A DNA stretch of 64,000 bases, from positions 25,296,001 through 25,360,000 of the forward strand of contig NC_086106.1 of assembly GCF_963921235.1 (NCBI RefSeq), read 5' to 3'. The position numbers were made by a program, and so were the translations under genes. Below, piece by piece: positions 1 to 11,902 of the stretch. Every line of letters begins with the position of its first letter. The first letter of the stretch is position 1. Below the pieces are notes generated by a model. That model saw only the letters and a program-made list of their open reading frames with translations. It searched no databases and was not told the DNA's origin. The stretch comes from Mobula hypostoma (lineage: Eukaryota).

Positions 1-59
1 TGTCCTTCTCAATTTACCTTTGATGATCATTTGTTATCCTATCTATTTATTTTTCTGTG

Positions 60-345
60 TACATCACTCGGTCCCTCTGCTTCATCAATCCCACTGTTGC
101 AAAGACGAGGCTGGTGACGAATGCCAGAGCAGGACATAGGCGCAAAGGCAGAATCTTGAGGCCTTAGCACCGCCTCGAACGGTGAACCGGTATCCCGGAG
201 AGTCTTTACAAGGAGACAAGGTTTATGTATAGTATCCAGGAAATGATGTGGAGCTTAGAACTGACAGTCCCAAGGAATCAGAAAACGAGGTTTACTCACA
301 CTAGAATAGACCAACGAATTGGCAAAGCATAGCTGTGCCGCTATG
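60..345 (-). pseudogene. Highly decayed V-segment relic (possible leader donor at 294-299, V-exon-like FR1/FR2)
   Basis: Minus strand has a GTGAGT donor at 299-294, an AG acceptor at 205-204, then SPGYRFTVRGGAKASRFCLCAYVLLWH, which has FR1-like V-x-G, a Cys and a Trp. Weak. Confidence 0.3.
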
Positions 346-839
346 TTCGTTAATAGGAACCAGGCGTACTGTAATTAGTGGAACTAGGAATGACTAGAAA
401 TCAGACAGGGGATTAATGCCCAATGAAAGAGGTAAGTCAGGATGGGGAATTACCAGACGGCACCATTACAGCCACATTCTTAGGAACTAGACGATTGCTC
501 AAATGGAAAGGTGATATTCAACAGGAGCGGGGGAGCTACCCTGTATGATTTAGTGAAACTAATATATTTCAATATTTCATTGCATTATGTGTGCCTGACG
601 TTAGTAGACAAGGGGAGATACTACAGGTCACGATATATGAAATTACGTGTGTCAGTGTGGGGGGGGGGGTTCCTTCCGTATAGCTGACTCTCTGCTAATC
701 AATTGTGTTCTGCACGAGCGAGTTTGAGTCCCACGCTTCTTGATTGAGGTAATTTCAGAAAAGATTACATGGTACGATGTGATTTTATTTAAATTTTCAG
801 AGTAAGATGCGAGAGAATAGGACCAATCAAATGTGACAG

Positions 840-3150
840 CGGAAAAGTAAGTATGGAACCAGAGGAAATTGCAGGGATACGTAATGAGTATTTTGCTTCA
901 GTATTCACTACGGAAAAGGATCTTGGCGATTGTAGGGATGACTTGCAGCGGACTCAAAAGCTTTAATATATTGATATTAAGAAAGACGATGTGCTGGAGG
1001 TTTTGGACAGCATCAAGTTGGATAAGTCACCGGGACCGCACGAGATGTACGCCAATCTACTATGGGAGATGAGGGAGGAGATTGCTGAGTAACATTGCGT
1101 CCAGATATAATCGTATGGTCTGACACCAGTAGAGCAGTGGTTATTGGTGAATTCACAGTCCCCTGGGAGGACAACATTGATGAAGCCCCTGAGCGCAAGT
1201 TAACCAAGTATGCAGAATTAAGATCAGAGTGCAGAGACAGAGGGTGGCAGGTCTCATGCTATCCATTCGAAGCAGGCTGCTATGGGTTCACTCTTCAGAA
1301 GCGGCTACATGACCTTGGCTTCACTAGAAGACAGATCAAGTCATCCAGCAGGGCACAAGCTGAGGCAGCAGAGAAAGGATCAGCATGGGTGTGGACCAAG
1401 TATGCCCAGAGGGGCAGATAGTCAGACAGTGTATACATATCTTGCAAACCCTTCAGTAGTTGCATAGACACTTGAAGAGCAGACTATCTGTTAGATGCAA
1501 GTGACTGATAGAGGCAGATACCAAGTTTTTTTAAGCTCACCAGTGGGAGGCGGTGCTTTAGCACTGCTGGCCCACCACCTCAGGGGGGTCTTGATCATAA
1601 GCGGGCCGAAACTCCTGAAGACAGGTGGCAGATCAACTGAGATCCCACTGGTGATAGCACAGGACATCTTAGTCCACGTGTATTTTGTGACTCGGGGATG
1701 AGGGAGGAGATTGCTGAGCCTCTGGCGATTATTTTTGCATCATCAATGGGGACGGGAGAGGTTCCGAAAGTTTTGCGGCGGGGGGGTGGCAGTTGCGAAT
1801 GTTGTTCCATTATTCAAGGAAAGGAGTACAGATAGCCCAGGAAATTATAGACCAGTGAGTCTTACATCAGTGGTTAGTAAGTTGATGGAGAAGATCCTGA
1901 GAGGCAGGATTTATGGACATTTGGATGAGCACAACATGATTAGGAAAGTCAGCATAGCTTTGTAAAAGGCACGTCGTGCCTTACGAGCCTAACTGAATGT
2001 TTTGAAGATGTAACTAAACACATTAATGAAGGCAGTGTATACGGATTTCAGCAAAGCGTTTGACAAGGCATCCCATGCAAGGATTATTGAGAACGTAAGG
2101 AGACATCGGATCCAAGGGGACATTGCTTTATGGATCTAGAACTGGCTTGCCTTCAGAAGGCAAAGTGTGGTTGTGGATGGTTCATATTCTGCATGGAGGT
2201 CGGTCACCAGTGGTGTGCCTCAGGGATGTGTTCTGGGCCCCTGCTCTTCGTGAGTTTTATAAATGTCCTGGATGAAGAATTGGAGGGTTGGGTTAGTAAA
2301 TTTGCTGACGACACGAAGGTTGGGGTGTTGTGGCTAGTGTTTAGGGGTGTCAGAGGTTATAGTGGGACATTGATCGGATACAAAACAGGTCTGATGGTGG
2401 TAGATGGAGTTCAACCCAGATAAATGTGAGGTGATTCATTTTAGTTGGTCAAATATGTTCGCAGAATGTAGTATTATTGGTGAGACTCTTGACACTGTGG
2501 AGGATCTGAGGGATTTTGGGGTCAGAGACGATAGGACACTCAAAGCTACTGCACGAGTTGACTCTGTTGTTAATCAAGCATACGGTGCATCGGCTTCATC
2601 AATCATGGGACTGAGTTTTGGAGCCGCAATGTAGTCTTGCAGCTATATAGGACCCTGGTCAGACCACACTTGGATTTCCGTGGTCAGTTCAGTTCGCCTC
2701 ATCACAGGAAGGATGCGTAAATCATAGAAAAGGTGCAGAGGAAATTAACAAGGATGTTACCTGGATTAGGGCGAATGCTTATGACAGTAGGTTGATTAAA
2801 CTCAGCCTTTTTTCCTTGGAGCGAAGGAGGTTGAGAGGTGACCTGATTGAGGTGTATAAGATGATGAGAGGCATTGACCGTGTGTTTAGTCAGAGGCTTT
2901 TCCCCAGGGCTGCAATGGCTAGCTCAAGAAGGCACAGCTTTAAGTTGCTTGGAAGTTGGTATAGAAGAGATGTCAGGGGTAATTCTTTTACCTGAGAGTA
3001 GTGCGTGCGTGGAATGGGCTGCCGGCGACGGATGTGGAGGCGTATACGATAGGATCATTTTCAGAGACTCCTCGACAGGTACATGGAGTTCAGAACAATA
3101 GAGGGCTATGGGTAAACCTGGGTAATTTCTAAGCTAAGGACATGTCCGAC
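840..3150 (+). mobile_element. Degenerate 5'-truncated CR1 LINE (RT region to 3' end), interrupted at 1090-1696
   Basis: Fragments PGNYRPVSLTSVVSKLMEKI, SKFADDTKVG and LFSLERRRLRGDLIEVYKMMRG are typical CR1 ORF2 motifs; many frameshifts. Confidence 0.9.
1090..1696 (+). mobile_element. 5'-truncated RLE-type non-LTR retrotransposon (HERO/NeSL-like) with restriction-like endonuclease C-terminus and 3' UTR
   Basis: ORF 1095-1421 RPDIIVWS...VIGEFTVPWE...ERKLTKY..L..EC...GW....PFEAGC.GF matches the PD-(D/E)xK RLE domain. Flanked by a 22-bp direct repeat GATGAGGGAGGAGATTGCTGAG (1068-1089, 1697-1718). Confidence 0.75.
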
Positions 3151-3229
3151 ACAGGTCGTGTAACTCAAGGAAATCATCCTATATTTCGGTGGCATTCCAT
3201 TCGTTATACATAGTCAGTCCGAACAAAAC

Positions 3230-3397
3230 TAATTTCCCCCCTTTATCTGATTTTCTTTATTGAATCATTGTCAACGGATTCCACATGAGCCTTTGCCTAG
3301 ATCTGTAGCATTTACTGTACAGCAGTTGGACGCCACTTCCTAGAGACTCGCCAGGCAAAAAGCCAATAAAACAATAAGGAACAGAAGAATAGCGCAT
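3230..3397 (-). pseudogene. Orphan V leader exon (3352-3397, GC donor) with decayed V 5' remnant
   Basis: 46-nt ATG...CCTG|GCGAGT exon ending like the other leaders (LPG); sequence downstream is degenerate and runs into the CR1. Confidence 0.45.
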
Positions 3398-4139
3398 GGC
3401 ACAGTTATTCTGGCTTTGTTGAAAGGCCGTCTAGTTCTAAGTAGTTACTATTAATTGACAGATATTGTAAAATGAATGAACATCAGCGGCACACGTTTTT
3501 TATTAACATAGCAGGCATTATCTTACTGAAGAATAGGCTGATCAATTTGTCTTCTGAAGCTACAACTTTTTTTTTATTGCTGGTACACTTTACTATGCAT
3601 TATCTTATTATTTTATCTTGTACTATCTCGACAAACCGGACAATGGACTGTTCAGCAGGAGATGTGACAATAATAAAGGATTTCTAATTCCAATTTGTGA
3701 GTCACTGTCCCATGCACGTAATTAGATTCCACATGGATCTTAGCTTTGACCATAAGCGTTTCTAATGTCACCTCATCCAATTCTGTCTCAGGATAAAATG
3801 TCTCTGTATCTACAGGTTTCCCCACCCCCACTCCGCCATCCTCACTATAATACTGTACCTCAAGGATGTAGAATGAATTTTTCATAGACGATGTCGAAGG
3901 TTCGCTACCTTGATATGGCATTCCAGGCTGAAGAGTTTTGGAGGATTGAATTCCCTGAAATTCATTGAAAAATAAGTAATTTCAGTACGCGTTGCATTCC
4001 ATAGTTTGGGCGCCTTTTGCTATTGCGTTTCGTCCAATTAATTCGAGCACACTACAGAACTCACTTTGCAGTGCGATCCTTCCAGTTTCACAGCACAGGA
4101 AGTGCTCTAGTGAGAAGTCATTGCATCATCGACGACAGG

Positions 4140-4568
4140 GTTTTCTGCAGACCCGTTGTCTCCCTGCTGTAACCTGTGGCACAGGGAAACACGGTGTTCT
4201 CTGAAACAAGTGCCCCAGAGATATTCAAAATGAGCCACCGTACTACCTTTCTACGAACCAGCCGTAACCCACAACGGTCCTTCTGGAGACGTATCTAGCT
4301 TGCCTGAACTTAAGTAAGTATTTTTGAAATGACCCTCGATGCTGGCTGTAACAATATCTTGGGTGTAATTAGAGTTCCTTCTTTCCTCGGTCGTTAATTC
4401 GGGAGGGCCCTACATCACTGCAAGTTTTCCTTATTTCCATGGAATAAAAGACGGAATGTTTGAACGTTCCTGGCTCCTATTAACACAGGAAACAGTAGCT
4501 ACCCGATTACACAGAGACTCACCAGGCAACAAGGTGGAAACAATTATTAAGGAACAAAAATCATGCAT
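4140..4568 (-). pseudogene. TRAV-like pseudogene (leader 4523-4568; RSS 4140-4178)
   Basis: Leader MHDFCSLIIVSTLLPG|GTGAGT; acceptor mutated (AT); FR3 LNISGALVSENTVFPCA; RSS CACAGGT-23-GCAGAAAAC; deletions in FR1. Confidence 0.75.
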
Positions 4569-5516
4569 GACTTTAGGCTTCTGGTTCGATTGAAAAGCAG
4601 ATTAGTTCTTAACAATTACTATCAATTCATATGTACAAGAGGAAGAGATGATGATCATAGGCACTCTTGACTTTGTTTATGATCGGGCACATTGCCCTAC
4701 TGAATGGTTGGCTGGTAAAAAGTGGGCCCAACATTCTTGACCACCAATCAGAATCGACTTTATCTTTCAGTTTATCACTGATTGTGTTTTCACGCGAAAA
4801 AAAAAACAAAAACGCCTGTAGCAGGGTGGTGGAAACTACACTGGATATTCGAGGTATGTGCTCTCAAACGTTTGCATGTTTTCCTTTTGGAAGCAATGGG
4901 GTTGCCGGTTGGTTAGGGAACATAATGTCTTTGCTGATGCTGTCTGCCAGTTGTGTAGAGAAGTAGGCCAAAGCATAGAGAGAGGTTGCAGTGAAGTGTC
5001 TTCAGTTGCGTGATGGATAACATAGCAAAGCGGTTAGTTGGGATGCTATTACATCTCATAACGTCGGCGTTCAGAGTTCAATTTCAGCGTTTGCAAGGTT
5101 TCTGAACTTACATCGTGTGTAATGATTGTTTTTACAAGCTCTTCCGTTTCTTTCCACTGTCCAAGTTATGATATTTAGTTGTTGTAAGTTGTTCTTAGAA
5201 TAAGTTAGAGTTAATTTTGGGTTGACAGGATTTGCTGCATTGGCGCGAGTGGAAGCATCTTAAAGTCCTACTCCACGTTGCATCGTGATGAAAATAAGTA
5301 CATAAGTATCTAGATATCCCGAAAATGGAATTCAAAGTTCCTATTCGGCTACGCCATCAAACCAAGAACAGTTTTACAGTCTTCAAAACATTTTACCACT
5401 GAGTGTTTCACGCTTATGTCGAGTATGTGACAGTCAGTGATTGCCGGGTACCTCCCGCTTCTAATATTGCAACAAATAGCACACTCCAGTGAGGGCCAAA
5501 AACATCCATCCCGCAT

Positions 5517-5984
5517 GGTCTTTGACCAGGCCCAGTGTCTCACTGCACCACAGTGTGCTGCATCTCAAAGAGATAATCTCCGGAATCCGACACAAGAGCT
5601 CCAGAGATATTCAAATGAGTTGCCTTATTGCCTTGCCACAAATCAGTGGTAAAACTTACCGAACATTCTGGAGGTCGGTACAGATCTACTGAGCTGATTA
5701 TCCTCAGCAAGTATTTTGGATCTTCCCCACGATGCTGAATGCACCAGAAAATCGTAAAATCGATACTACAAGTGCAGTTCAGTGTTATGGCCAATGCTTC
5801 TTCAAGCATTAAATCAGAAGGCTCCTGTTTCACTAAATCCTTCGTTCTCGTTTCTGTAAGAAAAAAAGAAAAACATGTGTAAGCGTCGTTGTCTTACAAT
5901 AAAGCGACGGTGTATGATTGTCAATCACAGAGGCTCAATGTTCAGCACAGCTAATACAATCAGAAAGGAACGGAGAGGACGCAT
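5517..5984 (-). pseudogene. TRAV-like pseudogene with open V exon (leader 5939-5984, V exon 5556-5853, RSS 5517-5555)
   Basis: ETRTKDLVKQEPS...TLNCTCS..IFWCIQHRGEDPKYLL...LNISGALVSDSGDYLF; second Cys replaced by Phe; donor GT>TT; RSS CACTGTG-23-TCAAAGACC. Confidence 0.85.
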
Positions 5985-6919
5985 GGTGCTGGAACAGTCG
6001 ATCGATCAGTGGAATCCTTCTCTCTGGGTAAGACCTGGGACGTTTCCCTGCTAGACCATTGGATGATACAGCGGGATGGAGTTATTTAGGCAGATATCGG
6101 CATCAGCCTTCGGTCTTTTCTTCTTTGCTAATTTTACCGCGCCACAAGTCATCAAAGTCATCAGAGAATTTGACAACTCTCGCTGCCCTAACCGCTCTCT
6201 ACACCATATATGCCTTTCTTTTTGTAGTTCTCTCCCTACTGTTCGTGTTTTTTTTTCTACTCATGCTCACTGCTCCCTTGCGTTCGTTGCGTCATTGAGA
6301 CATTGAGTCTCCAATTACTATGGGGTCTGATTCAGAATCGCTCCTGAATTCTTTCTCCTACTTACTGAGCACGAACTCTCACTCGAGGTTGTTCTTCCCT
6401 CTCCCTCTTCGTCTCGCTCATCTATCCCCCCATTCCCGCTCTCGTCATCTTCTCCGGATTCCTTTCTTGGTCGTTCAGTGTCTGATCTCTCTGTCTCCCT
6501 GTCTCTCTGCCTCAGTCCCGCTGTTTATCAATTCCATCTCTCTCCGTCTCTTATGAACTAAGACGAAGACAGTTGTCCTGACAAAATTGAACGGAAAACC
6601 GTCTGTGTGTGATTCACCGATATATACAAAGATATTTTGTGTTCTACATTTTATTGGAGAGCTACTGTTGGAAGAAGAACCGGTTGCTGCTACTGGACGT
6701 CTGGTCCATCGGTGCCGTGTTCCAGTGAAGAACATGGACTAAAGACCGTTGCATCTACTTGCGTACTTTTTTCTGAATTCAAAGAATGGAAATTTAAAAC
6801 TGAAATATTGATCAATGTTGAAAAAAGGTGAAATAGCGCCAAAAAAGACTAGACATACTTAGCTCGTCTAAAAAAGGTCTGAGGAGACAGACAGTTCAAG
6901 CTTTTTATCAGCACCATCA

Positions 6920-7021
6920 GACCATAAGATCATAAGACAAAGGAGCAGAGGTCGGCCATTCGGCCCATCAAGTCGGTTCCGCCATTTTATCATGCGTTGA
7001 TCCATTCTCCCATTTAGTCCC
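6920..7021 (-). mobile_element. 3' tail of the CR1 at 11903-14340, split off by the LTR insertion
   Basis: The reverse complement matches the 3' end (59360-59470) of the same-family CR1 and joins seamlessly with 11903 across the TCCC duplication. Confidence 0.85.
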
Positions 7022-7886
7022 TGTTACGTACCCCGTAACTGGGTTGCCAAACCAGCAGAAATGGATCATTCAGTTGGAGTCTGGAGTACTAGAACTAAGA
7101 AAGTTTTATTAAGGAAACAAGCAACACAGTAATCGAAAGGATAATAAATGCAACAGTTCAGTGATGATAAACACACATTTGCACAGAATTAAGATAACAG
7201 CATCAATCAAGCTCTATCGTTGTCTAGGGGTAAATGACCAAATTTCAAAATGACTCAAAGTTCAGTTCGCAGTAATCGTTTCCATGGCGATGGACAACGT
7301 GGGGGAAGAGAGACAGAGAGAACAGGAACAACTCATCATTCAGAACGGCTTCACTCACAGACCAGCAAGATGGCTCACAGACCAGCGAGATGGCTCACAA
7401 ACAGCTTTTGGGCAGGTCCTTGGTGATGTCACCTGAGGTCACCGACTGTGACCCCTCCTCCAGATGCGGTCGATCCTCTGCAGTGAACCCGGCACCCAGG
7501 CAAGGGCGGACACACACCGGGTTCCCGCTGATCGTACCTTTCCACCCTGGTCGTTGTTTGTTACTTCTCACCCACTCGTGAGAAGCGCACCGCTTCCAGG
7601 GTCTCGTTAGCTCGGGTGGCGTGTGTGTCTGTCTTAGCGAACCTGTCCCTTTTTATCCCCCTGCTGGGGTATCGCCTGTCCATCACTTCAAACAGTTCAG
7701 GGTTCAAAGGGGGGAGCCGCTCCTGACAGCTCTTCCTCCCACATCCCTTCATTACACATCTCCAGACGCTGCTCCATTGTTCCTTATCTCTCCTTCCCCT
7801 GAGGGCAGGTGGCAGACCAACTGCTGATGCCACTGATGCTAGCCCAGGCCAGCAAACATCTTAATTTTATGTGTATTCTCGTAACA
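7022..7886 (-). repeat. 3' LTR
   Basis: TGTTACG...GTAACA termini; direct repeat of 11038-11902; AATAAA on the minus strand at 7105-7110. Confidence 0.95.
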
Positions 7887-7900
7887 CTTCCCCCCTTTAA
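7887..7900 (-). promoter_or_regulatory. Polypurine tract
   Basis: Minus strand TTAAAGGGGGGAAG directly abuts the 3' LTR. Confidence 0.85.
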
Positions 7901-8058
7901 GGATTTTTACCGGGAGGTAAAAATTACAAACATTACTACATTATCTGATACATACACAATATACATCTTTAACAGTTATTTAGCTAATACAGAGAATTTG
8001 AAGCTGTCAACACCTTGACAGACAGTCATCACATTTTCTGTTCCTTTTACACGTGTTA

Positions 8059-10938
8059 TTAATAATCCCTTAGACCAGGCTCCAACTCAGCAAACTTCAT
8101 AGTGGCCAAAAACACTGATGAATTGCGACCAATGTAACCTCTCATTTGGTTTTGTCCCGGACCACAATAACAAGGGTCGTCCCATTCCGACTCAGTTTTC
8201 TCTCGCAAGGGCTTAGTAGGAGGGGGACGGGTATTGACTGCAGAGTTATTGCAAAACTTCCTGCAGTACCCCACCATCTCCAAAAGCCTTCTGAGGGCCC
8301 TCTTGTCTGTCGGGGTTTGGAGGTCAGCGATAGCCTGCACTGTAGCTTGCATCCCTGCCAGCTGCCCCTGTGTCACCACAATTCCCAGGTAAGTGACCTT
8401 CGTGTGGCCGAATTCATTTTTTCCAAGGCTCACTATCACGCTGGCTTCAGACAGCCGTATTAAATTGCCAATACACACCTCTGTGTTCATCAGCCCTTTA
8501 GTCACTGAATTACTCGAAAAATATGGGTGTTGTTTGCTTGGCTGCCCTATTGTAACCACAATCACCCAACGTCCCAGTTCTTTGCATTTCCTCGGGACAA
8601 TCGAACACATAGGTGCGAGTCGTTTAATTACTCCTTCGGGGATTAAGGGAGAGACCTTATCAGTAGACCTGGCCAAAAGAATAGCCTTCTCCCATCTGAC
8701 CGATCCCATCCTAATCTTTTCAAAATGGTTTTTTCCTCTTAGCAGGGGGCCCCTAGCTTCATTGATTTCCACGCTAACACCGACTAGGTTTGTTAGCATA
8801 TCAAAAGCCGGTGACCGTCTCAGTTCGCGTCGGTCATGATCAATAACATTCTTCCCCCTGGGCAGCCGGTAAATCTCTTTCATGATTCCACCAACTGTTT
8901 CCTCCAGCACCGCAAAATGTCCACCGGGGGGTACCTCGTGGGCCATGTTAAAAACCTCATCCCCATAACTCTTTTGCACCACCCCCCACTCCTCATCTGC
9001 GGATACTGTCCTTGATTTCCCTTTCTTCCTTAGCACTTCCTCATCCGCACAATAGCCTACTAGTTCCCTTGTCAAGGCTGTGTCAGAGAGAGCTGTCTCT
9101 GCAAAACCCATCAGCCCCTCGTCTCGCTCCTGCGTCTGCACAAATTCTTTCCTGGCTACTGCTACGTCCGTCCCAGCTCCCTCACTACCTCTTATCTCAC
9201 TACACCCTGTCTCATACAAGGTTGGCAGAAATGTTTCAGCCAAATTCACCATCGCGGGCGGGGCCTCCATGCTGGCAGGCTGACCCGTCAATCTCACGAC
9301 TGGGAACACGATTCCTCCGGCGATGTCATTACCGAGCAAGACTTCCACGTCTTTCATCGGTAATTCGGACCTCACCCCAATCGTGACTAGTCCAGAGACC
9401 AGGTTGCTCTGTAAGTGTATCTGGTGCAAAGGGACTGACTCTGTCCCTTCCCCAACACCTTTGACCTCTACCTCCCCAGTCTGGGTCTCTGAGCTAAACT
9501 CTAATACACTCTTCAGTATTAGTGACTGACACGCTCCCGTGTCTCTCCAGATCCGCACTGGAACTGGTTTTAACCTCTTTTTCACTGACACCAGTCCGGC
9601 CGAGATAAACCTCTCGCGCCCTTCCTGGACTTTTTCAGACCTGTCCTTCCCTAGCGGTTCGCTTAACAGCTCAATACAGCCATTCAAAATTTCCGCTTTT
9701 CCTTTCCCCGTCTTCTTCCTTGGGGCAAAGCACCTGGACGCAAAGTGTCCGACTTTCCCACAATTAAAACAGACGACCCCAGGAGACTTCCTACCAGACT
9801 GCTCCCGGTCTACCTTATCCTTTTCACTAGTCCCCGGCTTACTTTCTGACTTTTCCGGTGGACTATCCCCGCCGTCCTGACTACCCTTCTGGTAGCCTTT
9901 ACTCGGGGCAACCTTCATTTTATGCGTCAACGCATACTCATCCGCTAACTTAGCAGTTGCGGCTAACGTGGCTGCCTCTTTCTCATCGAGGTAGGGTCTC
10001 ATACCCTCAGGGACACAACCTTTAAACTGCTCAATCAGGATCAGCTGTAGCAGTCTGTCATAATCCCCCTCTACCCCCTTCGAGGCGCACCAACGTTCAC
10101 AATATGTTTGCATCTCACGAGCAAACTCCAAATACGTGCGGTCCCACCGCTTCCTCGCATTCCGGAACCTCTGCCGGTATGCCTCCGGGACCAAATCATA
10201 AATCCTGAGGATGGCCTCCTTCACCACCTCATACTTCTGGGCATCTTCCGCGGATAAAGCGGAGTAAGCTTGTTGGGCTTTCCCTTTCAGTACACTCTGA
10301 AGTAAAACAACCCACTTATCCCTTGGCCAGTCCTGACTTATGGCCACTTTTTCTAAATGGAGAAAGTACCGATCCACATCGGTATCGTCAAATGGGGGAA
10401 CCAGCCTAACCTCCTGGGTCGCCCGGAACCCTCCACCTTGGTTCGGCACGAGCCCCTGCTCGGCCCTTATCTTTAACTTCTCCAGCTCAAATTCCCTTTC
10501 CCTCTGTTTCTCCTCTCTGTCCAACTGCCTGTCCCTCTCTCTCTCTTCTCTCTCCAACTGTCTTTCTCTCTCCTGCCTTTCTACCTCTTTCTCTCTCTCC
10601 CGCCTTTCTAACTCTCTCTCTTTCTCCTGCCTTTCTAACTCTCTCTCTTTCTGTTCTAACTGCCGTACCCGGAACTCGTGCTCGAGTCTCAGTTTTTCAA
10701 GCTGTACCTGTACCGCGTCTCCAGCAGGTTTTTCAATAGACACCTCCCCCAGCTCACCTTGGGGAAACACACCTTTAGATACATAGTGCTCTACAATAGC
10801 TCTGTGTATCTCCTCTCTCCTCATTGTCGACTTCACCTTAGCAAGATTCACCCGTTTTGCCACAGCTATCAATTCCGATTTCCTGGCATCCTCTAATGCC
10901 TCCAAGGTCGGCGCCTTTATAAATTCCTCAACCTCCAT
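8059..10938 (-). CDS. 959-aa Gag-protease polyprotein with fused integrase-N and RT-thumb remnants
   Basis: ER-rich coiled coil; Gmr1/SCAN-like capsid (PPFDDTDVDRYF...LILIEQF); CCHC knuckle CFNCGKVGHFASRC; protease RDTGA...LLGNDIAGG; IN H-H remnant AHEVPPGGH; RT end KVTYLG...LRRLLEMVGYCRKFC. No YxDD, DDE or RNase H found. Confidence 0.9.
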   Translation of the reverse strand: MEVEEFIKAPTLEALEDARKSELIAVAKRVNLAKVKSTMRREEIHRAIVEHYVSKGVFPQGELGEVSIEKPAGDAVQVQLEKLRLEHEFRVRQLEQKERELERQEKERELERREREKEVERQERERQLEREERERDRQLDREEKQREREFELEKLKIRAEQGLVPNQGGGFRATQEVRLVPPFDDTDVDRYFLHLEKVAISQDWPRDKWVVLLQSVLKGKAQQAYSALSAEDAQKYEVVKEAILRIYDLVPEAYRQRFRNARKRWDRTYLEFAREMQTYCERWCASKGVEGDYDRLLQLILIEQFKGCVPEGMRPYLDEKEAATLAATAKLADEYALTHKMKVAPSKGYQKGSQDGGDSPPEKSESKPGTSEKDKVDREQSGRKSPGVVCFNCGKVGHFASRCFAPRKKTGKGKAEILNGCIELLSEPLGKDRSEKVQEGRERFISAGLVSVKKRLKPVPVRIWRDTGACQSLILKSVLEFSSETQTGEVEVKGVGEGTESVPLHQIHLQSNLVSGLVTIGVRSELPMKDVEVLLGNDIAGGIVFPVVRLTGQPASMEAPPAMVNLAETFLPTLYETGCSEIRGSEGAGTDVAVARKEFVQTQERDEGLMGFAETALSDTALTRELVGYCADEEVLRKKGKSRTVSADEEWGVVQKSYGDEVFNMAHEVPPGGHFAVLEETVGGIMKEIYRLPRGKNVIDHDRRELRRSPAFDMLTNLVGVSVEINEARGPLLRGKNHFEKIRMGSVRWEKAILLARSTDKVSPLIPEGVIKRLAPMCSIVPRKCKELGRWVIVVTIGQPSKQHPYFSSNSVTKGLMNTEVCIGNLIRLSEASVIVSLGKNEFGHTKVTYLGIVVTQGQLAGMQATVQAIADLQTPTDKRALRRLLEMVGYCRKFCNNSAVNTRPPPTKPLREKTESEWDDPCYCGPGQNQMRGYIGRNSSVFLATMKFAELEPGLRDY

Positions 10939-11014
10939 TTCTGCTGTTTGTCTTTTCTTTCTTTCGGGAATTTTAACCCAATCAATTTACTCCGTCCCAA
11001 ATTTAGCGTTCAAA

Positions 11015-11033
11015 ATCGCGGACGAGAACCCCA
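11015..11033 (-). promoter_or_regulatory. Primer-binding site, tRNA-Pro-like
   Basis: Minus strand TGGGGTTCTCGTCCGCGAT versus canonical tRNA-Pro PBS TGGGGGCTCGTCCGGGAT; 4 nt from the 5' LTR. Confidence 0.8.
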
Positions 11034-11037
11034 CTTA

Positions 11038-11902
11038 TGTTACGTACCCCGTAACTGGGATGCCAAACCAGCAGAAATGGATCACTCAGTTGGAGTCTGG
11101 AGTACTAGAACTAAGAAAGTTTTATTAAGGAAACAAGCAACACAGTAATCGAAAGGATAATAAATGCAACAGTTCAGTGATGATAAACACACATGTGCAC
11201 AGAATTAAGATAACAGCATCAATCAAGCTCTATCGTTGTCTAGGGGTAAATGACCAAATTTCAAAATGACTCAAAGTTCAGTTCGCAGTAATCGTTTCCA
11301 TGGCGATGGACAACGTGGGGGAAGAGAGACAGAGAGAACAGGAACAACTCATCATTCAGAACGGCTTCACTCACAGACCAGCAAGATGGCTCACAGACCA
11401 GCGAGATGGCTCACAAACAGCTTTTGGGCAGGTCCTTGGTGATGTCACCTGAGGTCACCGACTGTGACCCCTCCTCCAGATGCGGTCGATCCTCTGCAGT
11501 GAACCCGGCACCCAGGCAAGGGCGGACACACACCGGGTTCCCGCTGATCGTACCTTTCCACCCTGGTCGTTGTTTGTTACTTCTCACCCACTCGTGAGAA
11601 GCGCACCGCTTCCAGGGTCTCGTTAGCTCGGGTGGCGTGTGTGTCTGTCTTAGCGAACCTGTCCCTTTTTATCCCCCTGCTGGGGTATCGCCTGTCCATC
11701 ACTTCAAACAGTTCAGGGTTCAAAGGGGGGAGCCGCTCCAGACAGCTCTTCCTCCCACATCCCTTCATTACACATCTCCAGACGCTGCTCCATTGTTCCT
11801 TATCTCTCCTTCCCCTGAGGGCAGGTGGCAGACCAACTGCTGATGCCACTGATGCTAGCCCAGGCCAGCAAACATCTTAATTTTATGTGTATTCTCGTAA
11901 CA
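11038..11902 (-). repeat. 5' LTR
   Basis: 865-bp near-identical copy of 7022-7886. Confidence 0.95.

Larger units (their letters stand above)
7022..11902 (-). mobile_element. Gmr1-type Ty3/Gypsy LTR retrotransposon, internally deleted (non-autonomous), recent insertion
   Basis: Two 865-bp TG...CA LTRs with 4 differences seen, 4-bp TSD TCCC (7018-7021, 11903-11906), tRNA-Pro-like PBS, PPT, and a single ORF with Gag-PR-IN-RT order. Confidence 0.95.

Noticed and set aside
3652-3921. 89-aa ORF with FYP and VTH, superficially like an Ig C1 domain
   Set aside because: Lacks the conserved Cys/Trp spacing; lies in the V 3' flank.
6595-6640. KPSVC-FTD resembling mammalian TCR C-alpha (SVCLFTDF)
   Set aside because: Needs a frameshift, has no C1-domain continuation or splice sites, and the adjacent region resembles the non-coding 3' flank of family-A V genes.
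7390-11880. Short ORFs inside the LTRs and antisense ORFs over the Gag ORF
   Set aside because: Duplicated only because the LTRs are duplicated, or shadow frames; no protein motifs.
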